Source: an uncultured Poribacteria bacterium
Lineage (GTDB): Bacteria > Poribacteria > WGA-4E > WGA-3G
Assembly (NCBI GenBank): GCA_958296135.2
Contig: CATQHZ020000001.1
Location: 288,001 to 352,000 of the forward strand
Length of the DNA stretch: 64,000 nt
Direction of reading: 5' to 3'
In this document: in pieces, positions 1 through 9,741 of the stretch
Numbering within the stretch: position 1 is the stretch's first letter
Layout of the letters: each line of letters opens with the position of its first letter
Notes under the pieces: generated by a model
The model's input: the letters and a program-made list of their open reading frames with translations, nothing else
What the model was told of the DNA's origin: nothing
Database searches by the model: none
Made by a program: the position numbers and the translations under genes

Positions 1-1205
1 TGCAAGAGTACGAATACGATGTTGCCTTGTCCTTCGCCGGTGAAGATCGGGAGCACGCAGCTTCGTTAGCCCGGCTCCTCAAAAACGATGGGTACTCGTT
101 TTTTTATGACGATGATAAGCGTCCCGAAATGTGGGGCGAAAATCTTTATGATTACTTGTCAGCAGTCTATAAGGATAAAGCGCGCTACTGTGTAATGTTT
201 ACGTCCAAACATTACGCTCATAAACTGTGGACGAATCTTGAACGGCAGAGCGCGCTAGCGAGAGCCTTTGAGGAGAAGAGGGCATATATTCTTCCAATCC
301 GGCTTGATGGCACCGAAATCCCCGGAATCCCGCCGACGGTTAGTTATCTTGATTTGCGCGAAATGCCCATTACCGAAATCTATCAAGATTTGGTCGAGAA
401 ACTATCGGGGGAACAACGGGAGCCAGCAACAGATTCATTGAGCACCGGCACCGTGGAGAGCGATCTCGGCGAATTTATGCTGCTAGGTCCGCCAGAAGGG
501 ACGTTGTATTTCTTCCCTTTTCAAGATGTTCGCCGGCAGTCAGCAGAAATATCTTTTAATCTTCTTCCTCCGGAATCGCCTGAAGATGTTGCTTTCCTGC
601 GGAAGTTGCAACAAGAGACTAGCGACAGATTCTTTCCTTGTGCATATCGCGACGATGCCGCGTGGGTAAAGCCGAAAGAGGTGGTTGAAACCATGACCGG
701 CTGGGAACTCCTTCTTGAGATAAACAATCAAGGACAAAATTTCGACCCTTTCAGTCCTTTCAGTGAGATGACAGTCAACGGATTCGGCCCAGATCGGTTT
801 GCCGAAATGCGGGCTCGAAGAATTCTCCTTGACGAAAAGGTGGATCCTATCAAACCAGGAGGCAGTCAACCTGTTGATTTCTTCAACCAAGAAAGGCTAG
901 AACTTCATATTCGGGGATCACTTTCATCACTGCATGAGCATGGCATAGAAGTGTCTGCCTCGCCAATTCCGGGAATCTACCAGCAATATAGACAAACCCC
1001 AGAGCGATTCAGGAAGTTCGCGCGTTTGATTTCGGTTCTCTGCTTGAAATTGTCAAACACAGTCGAAGATATCTTCCAATTAGACTTGGAATTGTTAGAT
1101 TCGGCGCGATTGCGCATCAGATTTAAGGGCCGTCGTTCCCGGGTTGCTACAAACGTGCCACCCTCAATCCTTGAATTTGAGGGAATCTGCCCGCTCACCG
1201 AGTAG
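1..1205 (+). CDS. TIR (TIR_2) domain protein with an unassigned ~250 aa C-terminal domain; 5' end at or just before the window edge
   Basis: Frame is open from base 3 (QEYEYDVALSFAGEDR, the typical TIR_2 N-terminal motif). Also FFYDDD, YCVMFTSKHY, WTNLER (putative catalytic Glu) and YILPIRLD. Confidence 0.85.
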   Translation, partial: QEYEYDVALSFAGEDREHAASLARLLKNDGYSFFYDDDKRPEMWGENLYDYLSAVYKDKARYCVMFTSKHYAHKLWTNLERQSALARAFEEKRAYILPIRLDGTEIPGIPPTVSYLDLREMPITEIYQDLVEKLSGEQREPATDSLSTGTVESDLGEFMLLGPPEGTLYFFPFQDVRRQSAEISFNLLPPESPEDVAFLRKLQQETSDRFFPCAYRDDAAWVKPKEVVETMTGWELLLEINNQGQNFDPFSPFSEMTVNGFGPDRFAEMRARRILLDEKVDPIKPGGSQPVDFFNQERLELHIRGSLSSLHEHGIEVSASPIPGIYQQYRQTPERFRKFARLISVLCLKLSNTVEDIFQLDLELLDSARLRIRFKGRRSRVATNVPPSILEFEGICPLTE

Positions 1206-1245
1206 ATGCAAGGCTGTCCCGCCGCCAGGGACAGCCTCCGCCCCC

Positions 1246-2031
1246 TCACTCCCCCAAAAGCCGCAACTTATTCGCATAAACCTGCCGATAATAAGCCGCA
1301 CGCTCTAGGGACACCGCCGCCGCCTCGTCTACCACCACAACCGCACGCGGATGCATCTGCAACACGGATGCCGGCACCGCCGCCGTAATCGGACCCTCTA
1401 CCGCCGCCGCAATCGCTGCCGCCTTAGACGCACCGTTCGCTAACAGCAAGCACTCTCTCGCCTCCATGATAGTCCCCACACCCATTGTAATCGCCAACGT
1501 CGGCACGGAATCGATAGCCCCGCCGAAATGTGGCGCGTTCGCCGCTAAGGTGCTTCGCGTTAACGTCTTAATCCGAGTGCGAGAACCGAGTGAAGAACTG
1601 GGCTCGTTAAACCCAATATGTCCCTCTCTGCCGATGCCGAGAATCTGGATATCGATGCCGCCTGCACGCGCAATCGCGGCTTCATAACGTTCACAGAACG
1701 CACCGTGGCCTTCCGCTGTGCTCTGCGGCAGATAGCGGTGCTCCTCCGGGATGTTGACGTGCCGGAAAAAGTGCGTCTCCATGAAGGTATGATAACTCGA
1801 CGGATGCGTCTTCGGGATGCCGACATACTCGTCAAGGTTGAAGGTAGTTACGGCTGAAAAATCGAGTCCTTCTTCCTTGTGCATCCGGACGAGTGCCTCG
1901 TAAAGTCCGATGGGTGTGCTACCCGTGGCGAGTCCCAGAACCAGTTCTGGTTTTTTGAGGAGCGCGCGCTTCACGATCTCGGCGGCGACAGAGACGAGGT
2001 GTGGATACGTCGGTTGAATGATAATTTCCAT
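1246..2031 (-). CDS. nagB: Glucosamine-6-phosphate deaminase
   Basis: VLGLATGSTP, TFNLDEYVG, LGIGREGHIGFNEP and ITMGVGTIM motifs. Confidence 0.95.
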   Translation of the reverse strand: MEIIIQPTYPHLVSVAAEIVKRALLKKPELVLGLATGSTPIGLYEALVRMHKEEGLDFSAVTTFNLDEYVGIPKTHPSSYHTFMETHFFRHVNIPEEHRYLPQSTAEGHGAFCERYEAAIARAGGIDIQILGIGREGHIGFNEPSSSLGSRTRIKTLTRSTLAANAPHFGGAIDSVPTLAITMGVGTIMEARECLLLANGASKAAAIAAAVEGPITAAVPASVLQMHPRAVVVVDEAAAVSLERAAYYRQVYANKLRLLGE

Positions 2032-2042
2032 TTTTTATAGAA

Positions 2043-2265
2043 AGCCCGCCTTTTTGAACGTAGGGTGGGGGCCTGTCCCCCGCCATGCCCGTTCAAGCCC
2101 AAAACCTTCGCGACAGACACGCCCCCTTTGAACCGTAGGGCGGGGGCCCGGCGATCGCTAATCGCCGAGGGTTTCCCCCGCCATGTTAGTTTGAGTCGAG
2201 AACGTTCGCGACAGACAGCCCGCCTTTTTGAACGTAGGGTGGGGGCCTGTCCCCCGCCATGCCCG
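2043..2265. repeat. Cluster of three GTAG-type REP palindromes (family A)
   Basis: GTAGGGTGGGGGCCTGTCCCCCGCC at 2060 and 2235 with shared flanks. The copy at 2135 has a CGGCGATCGCTAATCGCCG hairpin in its loop. Confidence 0.85.
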
Positions 2266-2277
2266 CTTATCCTGGTA

Positions 2278-3066
2278 TTACACAGCACCGGCGATGATGG
2301 TATCCATATCCTCGCTGATTTGATGGACAGTGCCTTCCGGGTTCTCGGCATCGACCGGAAGTTCCGCGGTGATATAGTCGTCGTAACCGATGTCCGCAAG
2401 TGCCGCCATAACAGCATTCCAATCGATGGTGCAGTCTTCGATCAGATAGGTCCATCGGCTGTCATCGGCATTGAACCCTTTCACGTGCACTTTGGAAATA
2501 CGGGAGCCTAGCGAACGGATCCAGTGCTGCGGGAAGCCGTATAGCACGATGTTGCCGACATCAAAATACGCCGTAACAGCAGGACTCTCGAATTCGTCAA
2601 GATAGCGAGCGAATTCCAGCGGGCTGAGCAGGAATTTATTCCAGACATTTTCTATCGCGATGGTGAGTCCCTTTTCGGTGGCATGCGGGCTCAACTTGCG
2701 GATTTCCATCTGCGAACGTTCATAAGCCGCTTCATAAGGCGTGGCATCGTTGACAACGGCAGGCACGAGCAACACGGTATCCGCGCCGATGGCCGTCGCT
2801 GTCTCCATCGAATCAAGCATCCCCTCGCGTGAGGCGGCGCGCACCGCTTCGTCAGCATCGGAGAGTGGGTAAGCCCAGTGTCTCGCGTTCATCACACTGA
2901 ACAACTCTATCCCGTGTTGCGCAGCAAGTTGTCTAGTCTGGAGCCGGTCTGCTGCATTCCCGAGCGTGCCGATTTCTACGCCATCAAATCCGGCGGCTTT
3001 TGCAAGTTTGAACCGGGCTTCGGTTGAATCGCCCGGCAGTGAACCGATACATATTCCTTTTCTCAT
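2278..3066 (-). CDS. Sugar phosphate isomerase/epimerase (xylose isomerase-like TIM barrel)
   Basis: AGFDGVE, VLLVPAVV, IAIENVWNKFL, YFDVGN, HVKG and YITAE metal-binding pattern. Start taken at MRKGICIG. Confidence 0.85.
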   Translation of the reverse strand: MRKGICIGSLPGDSTEARFKLAKAAGFDGVEIGTLGNAADRLQTRQLAAQHGIELFSVMNARHWAYPLSDADEAVRAASREGMLDSMETATAIGADTVLLVPAVVNDATPYEAAYERSQMEIRKLSPHATEKGLTIAIENVWNKFLLSPLEFARYLDEFESPAVTAYFDVGNIVLYGFPQHWIRSLGSRISKVHVKGFNADDSRWTYLIEDCTIDWNAVMAALADIGYDDYITAELPVDAENPEGTVHQISEDMDTIIAGAV

Positions 3067-3080
3067 GCGTTTCCTCTTTC

Positions 3081-4034
3081 TTAACTCAACAACTTCAGAC
3101 ACATCACCTCCAACGCCAACGTCGCATTCGTGTTGGTGTTGTCAATCAGAGACTTCGTCTGAAAAATGGTTTGGATCGCCTGCTGGAGGCGCAACCGGGA
3201 ATAGCGCGGCACCAGCGCACGCAACTCCTCTAACGAATGGATATGCGTGATCAGTTCCGATGGCGCGCCTTGATGTAAAAAAAGCAAATCGCGATACCAC
3301 GTCACTAACTCAACCAGCCGCTCCGGTTCGTTCTTGAATTGCTCTGCAAACCGAAAGGCTGCCAGCAACTCAGGCGCCTTCAATATCTCCGGCACCTCTT
3401 GTGAGAAAGCATCTCCCTTTTCCAGCCGCGTGAGTGCCTTGCCGATAGCACCGCCTGCCGAGAGTGCGATAGCGGCGGCTTTTTCCGGATCCGCCGAAAA
3501 TCTGGCTATCAACACCTCGGTTAATTCTTCCGGCTGCATCGTATAGAATTGGAGAGTCTGGCATCGCGAACGCGTCGTCGGCAGCAGTGCCTCGATATTC
3601 GCAGTGAGAAGAATGAAGACCGAGGAGGCCGGCGGCTCCTCCAACGTCTTAAGCAGGCAATTCTCTGCCTCGGCATTCATCCGCTCCGCGTCCGTTACGA
3701 TATAGAACTTCCGACTCGCCTCCAGAGGTTCGTAGATAATCTGTCTTTGCAACTCGCGAATTTGCCCAATTTTCACCTGGCGCCCCTCCGGGCGGATGAA
3801 CCGCAGGTCTGGATGGTTGCCGGAGGCCACCTTACGACAGGCAAGGCATTTGCCGCACGCTACCGGCGGCTGCGCCTCTTGCTGGCAGAAAATGAGCCGC
3901 GCGAAATAGGTGGCTACCGTCTCTTTCCCGACACCCGACGGCCCGACGAAGAGATAGGCCCCCGCAATCCGGCCGGATGCGACGGTGCGTTGGAGTTGTT
4001 CTACGATGTGTTCGTGTCCGATAATGTCTTGCAT
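3081..4034 (-). CDS. holB: DNA polymerase III delta' subunit
   Basis: AYLFVGPSGVGKE, Zn module CGKCLAC, HPDL, AENCLLKTLEEPP and TTRSRC. Lies downstream of tmk. Confidence 0.93.
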   Translation of the reverse strand: MQDIIGHEHIVEQLQRTVASGRIAGAYLFVGPSGVGKETVATYFARLIFCQQEAQPPVACGKCLACRKVASGNHPDLRFIRPEGRQVKIGQIRELQRQIIYEPLEASRKFYIVTDAERMNAEAENCLLKTLEEPPASSVFILLTANIEALLPTTRSRCQTLQFYTMQPEELTEVLIARFSADPEKAAAIALSAGGAIGKALTRLEKGDAFSQEVPEILKAPELLAAFRFAEQFKNEPERLVELVTWYRDLLFLHQGAPSELITHIHSLEELRALVPRYSRLRLQQAIQTIFQTKSLIDNTNTNATLALEVMCLKLLS

Positions 4035-4080
4035 TTTTCTCTCATGCCGTGCAAGAAATCCACCCTTACAAAACGAGCAC

Positions 4081-4158
4081 GGCGAAGGACAGGTTTCCCG
4101 CGCCCTACGGCGAAAGAAGCCTATCCTCGTCACGTAGCGTGGGCACTCGTCCCCCGCA
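4081..4158. repeat. Divergent pair of REP palindromes overlapping the tmk 3' end
   Basis: GTAGGGCGCGGGAAACCTGTCCTTCGCC on - (4108-4081) and GTAGCGTGGGCACTCGTCCCCCGC on + (from 4134). Confidence 0.7.
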
Positions 4159-4761
4159 AACCCGCTTTCGATATTCGGTTAAGAGCGCAGCGTGGACAGC
4201 GTCTGGGCAGCGCATTGCATCTATCAATTGCACGCGGTGCGGCTCCGCCTTCGCAACGGCGAGATACCCCTCGCGTACCTTGCGATGCAATTCCAACGCC
4301 TCCTTGTCTAACCGATTGCGTTGTAACTGCCGCTGCCGTCGCAACCCAATCTCAGGCGGCACATCCAACACAAACGTCAAATCGGGCGTGATACCACACG
4401 TCGCCGCCCGATTCAGTTCGTGAATGAGCGCGATGTCTAGCCCGCCGCGATACCCTTGATACGCGACGGTTGCATCGGTAAACCGGTCGCATATCACAAT
4501 CTTGTTCGCTTCTAACGCGGGACAGATGACCTGGGCGACGTGCTGCGCGCGCGCAGCGGCGATGAGCAGCAACTCAGTCGTCGCCGTTATCCCATCCGCC
4601 GTCAGAAAAATCTCGCGGATACGCTCGGAGATTGGGGTGCCGCCAGGTTCCCGCGTAACGATAACGTCAGAACCAAGCGCGTCTGCCAAGCGGCGCGCCT
4701 GCGTCGTCTTGCCCGCGCCTTCAACGCCTTCAAATGTGATGAAAAATCCGTGCTGTGCCAT
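4105..4761 (-). CDS. tmk: Thymidylate kinase
   Basis: FITFEGVEGAGKTTQ, TREPGGT and ICDRFTDATVAYQG. Confidence 0.95.
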   Translation of the reverse strand: MAQHGFFITFEGVEGAGKTTQARRLADALGSDVIVTREPGGTPISERIREIFLTADGITATTELLLIAAARAQHVAQVICPALEANKIVICDRFTDATVAYQGYRGGLDIALIHELNRAATCGITPDLTFVLDVPPEIGLRRQRQLQRNRLDKEALELHRKVREGYLAVAKAEPHRVQLIDAMRCPDAVHAALLTEYRKRVCGGRVPTLRDEDRLLSP

Positions 4762-4921
4762 TTGAAACATTTTAGCATTTTGTGGTTTTCAATGTCAAGA
4801 TGAAAAATGTGTCTGAATACCGAAGAAAACTGAAACACTTCCGCAAAAAATTTGACAAATTCAAATGCTTCATGTTACTATATTCTAAAATCCGAAAATC
4901 TGATCTGACACTAGGAGAATT

Positions 4922-7507
4922 ATGAACCGGCCCCGCGCCAACATTTGGCAATTCAAAAATCCAGAGCTCGATGAGAGTTTCGCATTAGCGGCGGAACTCG
5001 GCGTATCGCTTATTGTCGCACAACTCCTGATTAACCGTGGGATGAAAACGGCAGCCGAAGCACGCACCTACCTCTACCCGAAGTTCGAGGATCTGCACGA
5101 ACCCTTTGAGATGGCAGACATGGAGAAGGCTGTCGAACGGATAAATCGCGCAATAAAACTCGGCGAGAAAATCTGTGTCTACGGCGACTATGACACCGAC
5201 GGCACCACTGCAACAGCCCTGCTGCTCAACGCGTTCCAGCATATCGACGTGCCTGTGGCATACTACATCCCGAATCGGTTTGATGACGGCTACGGGCTGA
5301 GCGAAAAGACAGTGGAAGCCGTGCGCAGCCAAGGCACGAACCTGCTCATTACCGTAGACTGCGGCATTAAGTCCGGGAAAGAGGTGGAACACGCGAATCA
5401 ACTGGGAATGGATGTAATTATCACAGACCATCACCAACCCGAGCCCGACGCGCGCCCGCCCGCGCATGCACTCATTTCACCGAAGGTTGAGGGAAATGAG
5501 TACCCTTACCTAGAACTCGCCGGGGTAGGGCTGGCGTTTAAGCTCGCGCAAGCATTGATACCAGACAATACGCCGGTTTTGAAATCGATGCTCGATCTGG
5601 TTGCACTCGGCACAGTTGTCGATATCGCACCGCTGACAGGAGAGAATCGGGTGCTGAGCCGCCTCGGATTGGAGGAACTCAATAAACGAGAACGCCCCGG
5701 CATCCGCGCATTATGCAACGTAGCCGGATTCAACGAAGGAAAACTCCTCGTCGGGCGCTCACTCTCTTTCGGACTCGGGCCACGGATTAATGCCGCCGGC
5801 AGACTTGACACAGCAACGAAGGTAGTTCAACTCCTCACCACTGACTCCGACGATGAGGCAAAACGGATCGCCGCGGAACTCAATGAGAAGAATCGGGCGC
5901 GCCGCGAATTGGAGACAAGCATCCGCGATAAGGCAGAAGAACTAATTCAAAAAAAGTTGGACGACGAAACGAAAGGCATCGTCATCGCAAGTGAGTGGGG
6001 AGATAAGGCGAAAGGCGTAGTCGGTATCGTCGCCGCACGCTTGATGGAAACCTACCATAAGCCGGTTTTTGTCTTCGCCATTGACGGCGAAGAATCAACC
6101 GGATCTGGACGCTGCATTGACGGGATGAATCTCGCCGACAGCTTAAACCACTGCGACCATTTGCTAGTGAAACATGGCGGACACGCGAAGGCAGCCGGCG
6201 CAACGCTGAAAACCGAAAATATCCCCAAATTTCAGCAGGCCTTCAACGAATACGCTTGCGAGAAACTGACAGACGAGCACCTCCAACCGAAATTGTTCTT
6301 GGATTTTGAAACCAATCTCTCGGAGTTAACGTTAGAGACGTTAGAAACCTTGACACAATTGGAACCTTTCGGGCGGGAAAACCCCGCGCCGCGCTTCGGC
6401 ACGCGCAACGTCAAACTCGCTGGCACTCCAACCCACATGGGAAGAGAGAAGCAGCACCTCAAGATGTCCGTTAACGACGGAACAGCGAAACGTTCCGCCA
6501 TTGCATGGCGCAGAGGCGAACATCTTATCACGTTTCAAGGACTCACTACGCCATTCAGCATTGCGTTTTCGCCGGAGATTAACGAATGGCGCGACACCCG
6601 CACCGTCCAACTAACTCTTGATGACTGGAAAATCAACGCGAACAGTCGCAGTGGAAAACGCAGCCTGTTTCCACCTGCTGTCGAAGGCAACGCAGAAGCC
6701 ATCGTCAAGGTAGTCGATGGACGCGGCAGGAATAAAAAGAACTACCTCTCGCAGTTGCTCACGCGCGACGAATCCAGTATCATCTACGTTCAAAACGCAG
6801 AGATGCTGGCACTCCTGCTCACACAGCTCATACCGGAGAAGGCAGAAGCCATCGCGCGGCATGACGAAACTACCTCCGAAGCGGAAGAAGCAGCGTTGTT
6901 GGAAAAATTGGCGCGCCGTGAAATTCGGGCAATCGCCTCAAGCGCAATTTTTTCTAAACCTGAACGGTTTCCTTTCGTCAAACATTTTGTCTTCTGCCAC
7001 TTGTCGCCGACAGCCGATGAGTTTTTCAAGCGATGTCAACCCGCCTTCGCCACTGAGGAGACTTCCGGACTGCATCTCATCTACACCGACGCGGATGTCG
7101 GGTTGATGGACAAGTGGATAGCGCAGAAGTATCCCGATGCCGCGGAATTACGGCAGTTATACAAGCACTTGCGGGACAGCATCGAAGACAACGGAACAGC
7201 CGGCTACCCGGTAGTGGACGCGCTAAACGGAACACCGGGCGCGACAGCAACTGTCCAGACAGGCATCACCATTTTCAAGGAACTGCAACTCTTTGAACTG
7301 AACGGGGAGCCAGAGAACGCGCGCATACAGCTGCTTCCACCGAAGCAACGCCGGTTGGAAGCCTCGCATACCTATCTGAAGGGCAAGTGGCTCAAAGAGA
7401 CAAGCCCAGCTTTTATTGCATTCCAACTGCAGGAAGATATCAAACCCATTTGGGAGCGGATAGACAATGAGTGTCGAAACGTTAATCAGCCAAATTCAGG
7501 ACTATAA
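4922..7507 (+). CDS. recJ: Single-stranded-DNA-specific exonuclease RecJ with a long C-terminal extension
   Basis: YGDYDTDG, ITVDCG, IITDHH, GPRINAAGRL, GSGR, GGHAKAAG and LEPFGRENP. SD AGGAG upstream. Confidence 0.95.
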   Translation: MNRPRANIWQFKNPELDESFALAAELGVSLIVAQLLINRGMKTAAEARTYLYPKFEDLHEPFEMADMEKAVERINRAIKLGEKICVYGDYDTDGTTATALLLNAFQHIDVPVAYYIPNRFDDGYGLSEKTVEAVRSQGTNLLITVDCGIKSGKEVEHANQLGMDVIITDHHQPEPDARPPAHALISPKVEGNEYPYLELAGVGLAFKLAQALIPDNTPVLKSMLDLVALGTVVDIAPLTGENRVLSRLGLEELNKRERPGIRALCNVAGFNEGKLLVGRSLSFGLGPRINAAGRLDTATKVVQLLTTDSDDEAKRIAAELNEKNRARRELETSIRDKAEELIQKKLDDETKGIVIASEWGDKAKGVVGIVAARLMETYHKPVFVFAIDGEESTGSGRCIDGMNLADSLNHCDHLLVKHGGHAKAAGATLKTENIPKFQQAFNEYACEKLTDEHLQPKLFLDFETNLSELTLETLETLTQLEPFGRENPAPRFGTRNVKLAGTPTHMGREKQHLKMSVNDGTAKRSAIAWRRGEHLITFQGLTTPFSIAFSPEINEWRDTRTVQLTLDDWKINANSRSGKRSLFPPAVEGNAEAIVKVVDGRGRNKKNYLSQLLTRDESSIIYVQNAEMLALLLTQLIPEKAEAIARHDETTSEAEEAALLEKLARREIRAIASSAIFSKPERFPFVKHFVFCHLSPTADEFFKRCQPAFATEETSGLHLIYTDADVGLMDKWIAQKYPDAAELRQLYKHLRDSIEDNGTAGYPVVDALNGTPGATATVQTGITIFKELQLFELNGEPENARIQLLPPKQRRLEASHTYLKGKWLKETSPAFIAFQLQEDIKPIWERIDNECRNVNQPNSGL

Positions 7508-9602
7508 TCCAGACGCAGAAATGGGATTGCTGGAACGATGCTACCATTTCGCGCAAAAAGCGCATGAAGGACAGTTTCGGAAATCTGGAGAACCCTACTT
7601 TACGCACTGCGTGAAGACAGCCGAGGAGCTCGCCGCACTGCGGCTAGATACGCACACTATCTGCGCCGGGCTACTGCACGATGTACTGGAAGATACCGGC
7701 GTAACGCGCGAAGAAATGGACGTGCGATTCGGATGGAATATCACCAATATGGTGGAGGGTGTCACCAAGATTGGAAAATACAAATTCCGCGGCGGACAGC
7801 GCCAACGGCAAGCCGAAACCTATCGGAAACTGCTGTTAGCCACCGCCGAAGATATGCGCGTCATACTGATTAAACTCGCCGACCGGATGCATAACATGGA
7901 AACCCTCCAGTTCCTCACCGACGAAAAATGTCAGCGGATTGCAAAAGAGACGCTGGAGATTTACGCGCCCATCGCACACCGCCTCGGCATCTGGCGCATC
8001 ATGAGCCGCCTTGAAGACCTGGCGTTCAAACATCTCTTCCCAACCGAATACCGCGAAATTGCCGAACTGCTAGACGAAAAACTCGTGGAACGCCAAGCTT
8101 ACTGCCAGAAAATGGTAGCCCGAATTCGCGAAGAATTGGAAGGACAAGACATCTTCGCCGACGTGCGCGGCAGAACAAAGCATATCTATAGCATCTACCA
8201 GAAAATGCAACAGAAAGGGACACCCTTCAAGGACATCTGCGATCTGGTGGGGCTCCGCATCCTCGTCAAAACGGACAAGGACTGCTACCTCGCGCTCGGC
8301 GCACTGCACCACAGATGGCACTACCTCCCAGACCGGCTCCGAGACTGGATCGGGCAGCCCAGGAAGAATGGGTACATGTCACTGCATACCACGATTGTCG
8401 ATAACGGCAAACCGGTGGAAATCCAAATCCGCAGCTACGAGATGCACAAGATTGCCGAGGACGGCATCGCCGCGCATTGGAGCTATAAAGAGGGAGCACC
8501 GAACTGCAAACAAGGGCACTCCATTTTCGCCAACTATAAGCAAATGTTGGAGGATATACAAGATACGCAGGAAGGCGCACACCAATTCGTCGCATCAATG
8601 AAACTGCAACTCGTCGAAGATGAAGTCTACGTCTTTTCACCGAAAGGGGACCTGTTTGCATTGCCAACCGGCTCAACCGCCATTGACTTCGCCTATAAAA
8701 TCCATACCGATATCGGAAACACCTGTTGCAGCGCGGAAATAAACGGGGCAGCTGCGCCCCTTCGGCAGGAGCTCCAGAACGGCGACCGGGTGCATATTCG
8801 GACGCACCCGAACTGCAAACCAAGCCGCGGTTGGCTGCGTTACGTCAAAACGTCGAACGCCTGCAACAAAATTAAGCACTGGTTCCGGGAGAAAGAACGC
8901 GCAGACGCAATAAAATTAGGCAAAAAATTCCTCCGGGCCGAATTGCGACTCACCACCCTAAACGCCAGCGATTATCTGAATCCCACCAAACTCCTTGACA
9001 TCGCCAAACAATTGCAACTCCAAAACGTCGAAGAACTGCTCGTCCGAATCGGCAGAGGATACGAATCCGCCACGCATGTCGTCAATCTCCTCAAACCAGA
9101 CACACCTGAACCCCAAGCAGTGCCGCCAAAAACGGCACCGATGCCCGGCATCGAACTCGAAAACGGCATCGACCTCGGCATGATACGGATAATGAAATGC
9201 TGTAACCCGATCCCAGGGGACGAAGTCATCGGCTACGTCACACGCGGACGCGGTGTCTCCGTGCATCGGAGCGGCTGCGCCCGAATCCTTGATGTACCCG
9301 AACGCATCCTTACCGTCAAATGGCCCGAAAAGCAGAACCGCAACCGGCCGGGCATCCATCCCGCGCAAATTTGTGTGCAGTGCAACGACCGGCCGGGGAT
9401 GCTCGGTGAAATTACCACAGTCATCGCTCAATGCAACGTGAACATCCGGTCCGGCACCTTCCAGCCAGCCGAGGTAACCCGCGCGAACAACGACGCGCAG
9501 GATATCCTGACGCTAGATGTAACAGGCACCACACAACTCACCGAGGTAATGCAAGCTCTACGGCACTTAAAGGATGTCCAACGTGTTACACGCAAGTTTT
9601 AA
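7467..9602 (+). CDS. rel: Bifunctional (p)ppGpp synthetase/hydrolase (RelA/SpoT homolog) with HD, SYN, TGS, ZFD and ACT domains
   Basis: RKSGEPYFTH, LLHDVLED, IKLADRMHN, NGYMSLHT, EIQIRS, DFAYKIHT, CCNPIPGD and DRPGML. Confidence 0.95.
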   Translation: MSVETLISQIQDYNPDAEMGLLERCYHFAQKAHEGQFRKSGEPYFTHCVKTAEELAALRLDTHTICAGLLHDVLEDTGVTREEMDVRFGWNITNMVEGVTKIGKYKFRGGQRQRQAETYRKLLLATAEDMRVILIKLADRMHNMETLQFLTDEKCQRIAKETLEIYAPIAHRLGIWRIMSRLEDLAFKHLFPTEYREIAELLDEKLVERQAYCQKMVARIREELEGQDIFADVRGRTKHIYSIYQKMQQKGTPFKDICDLVGLRILVKTDKDCYLALGALHHRWHYLPDRLRDWIGQPRKNGYMSLHTTIVDNGKPVEIQIRSYEMHKIAEDGIAAHWSYKEGAPNCKQGHSIFANYKQMLEDIQDTQEGAHQFVASMKLQLVEDEVYVFSPKGDLFALPTGSTAIDFAYKIHTDIGNTCCSAEINGAAAPLRQELQNGDRVHIRTHPNCKPSRGWLRYVKTSNACNKIKHWFREKERADAIKLGKKFLRAELRLTTLNASDYLNPTKLLDIAKQLQLQNVEELLVRIGRGYESATHVVNLLKPDTPEPQAVPPKTAPMPGIELENGIDLGMIRIMKCCNPIPGDEVIGYVTRGRGVSVHRSGCARILDVPERILTVKWPEKQNRNRPGIHPAQICVQCNDRPGMLGEITTVIAQCNVNIRSGTFQPAEVTRANNDAQDILTLDVTGTTQLTEVMQALRHLKDVQRVTRKF

Positions 9603-9660
9603 CGAGGACAGACGCACATTTTTCATACCTGCTGCACTGCAAGCACTGTTTAAAACCACC

Positions 9661-9722
9661 TAGTGGCGCGCTTACAAAGCGCGCCTACAGGCGGATGATG
9701 TCCGCGCCAAACCGCGCACCTA
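9661..9722. repeat. REP family B palindromes between convergent rel and rpmB
   Basis: GGCGCGCTTACAAAGCGCGCCTAC (GTAG on the - strand) plus a degenerate AAACCGCGCACCTA. Confidence 0.7.
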
Positions 9723-9741
9723 GATGCCTGTCCACTCTCCG

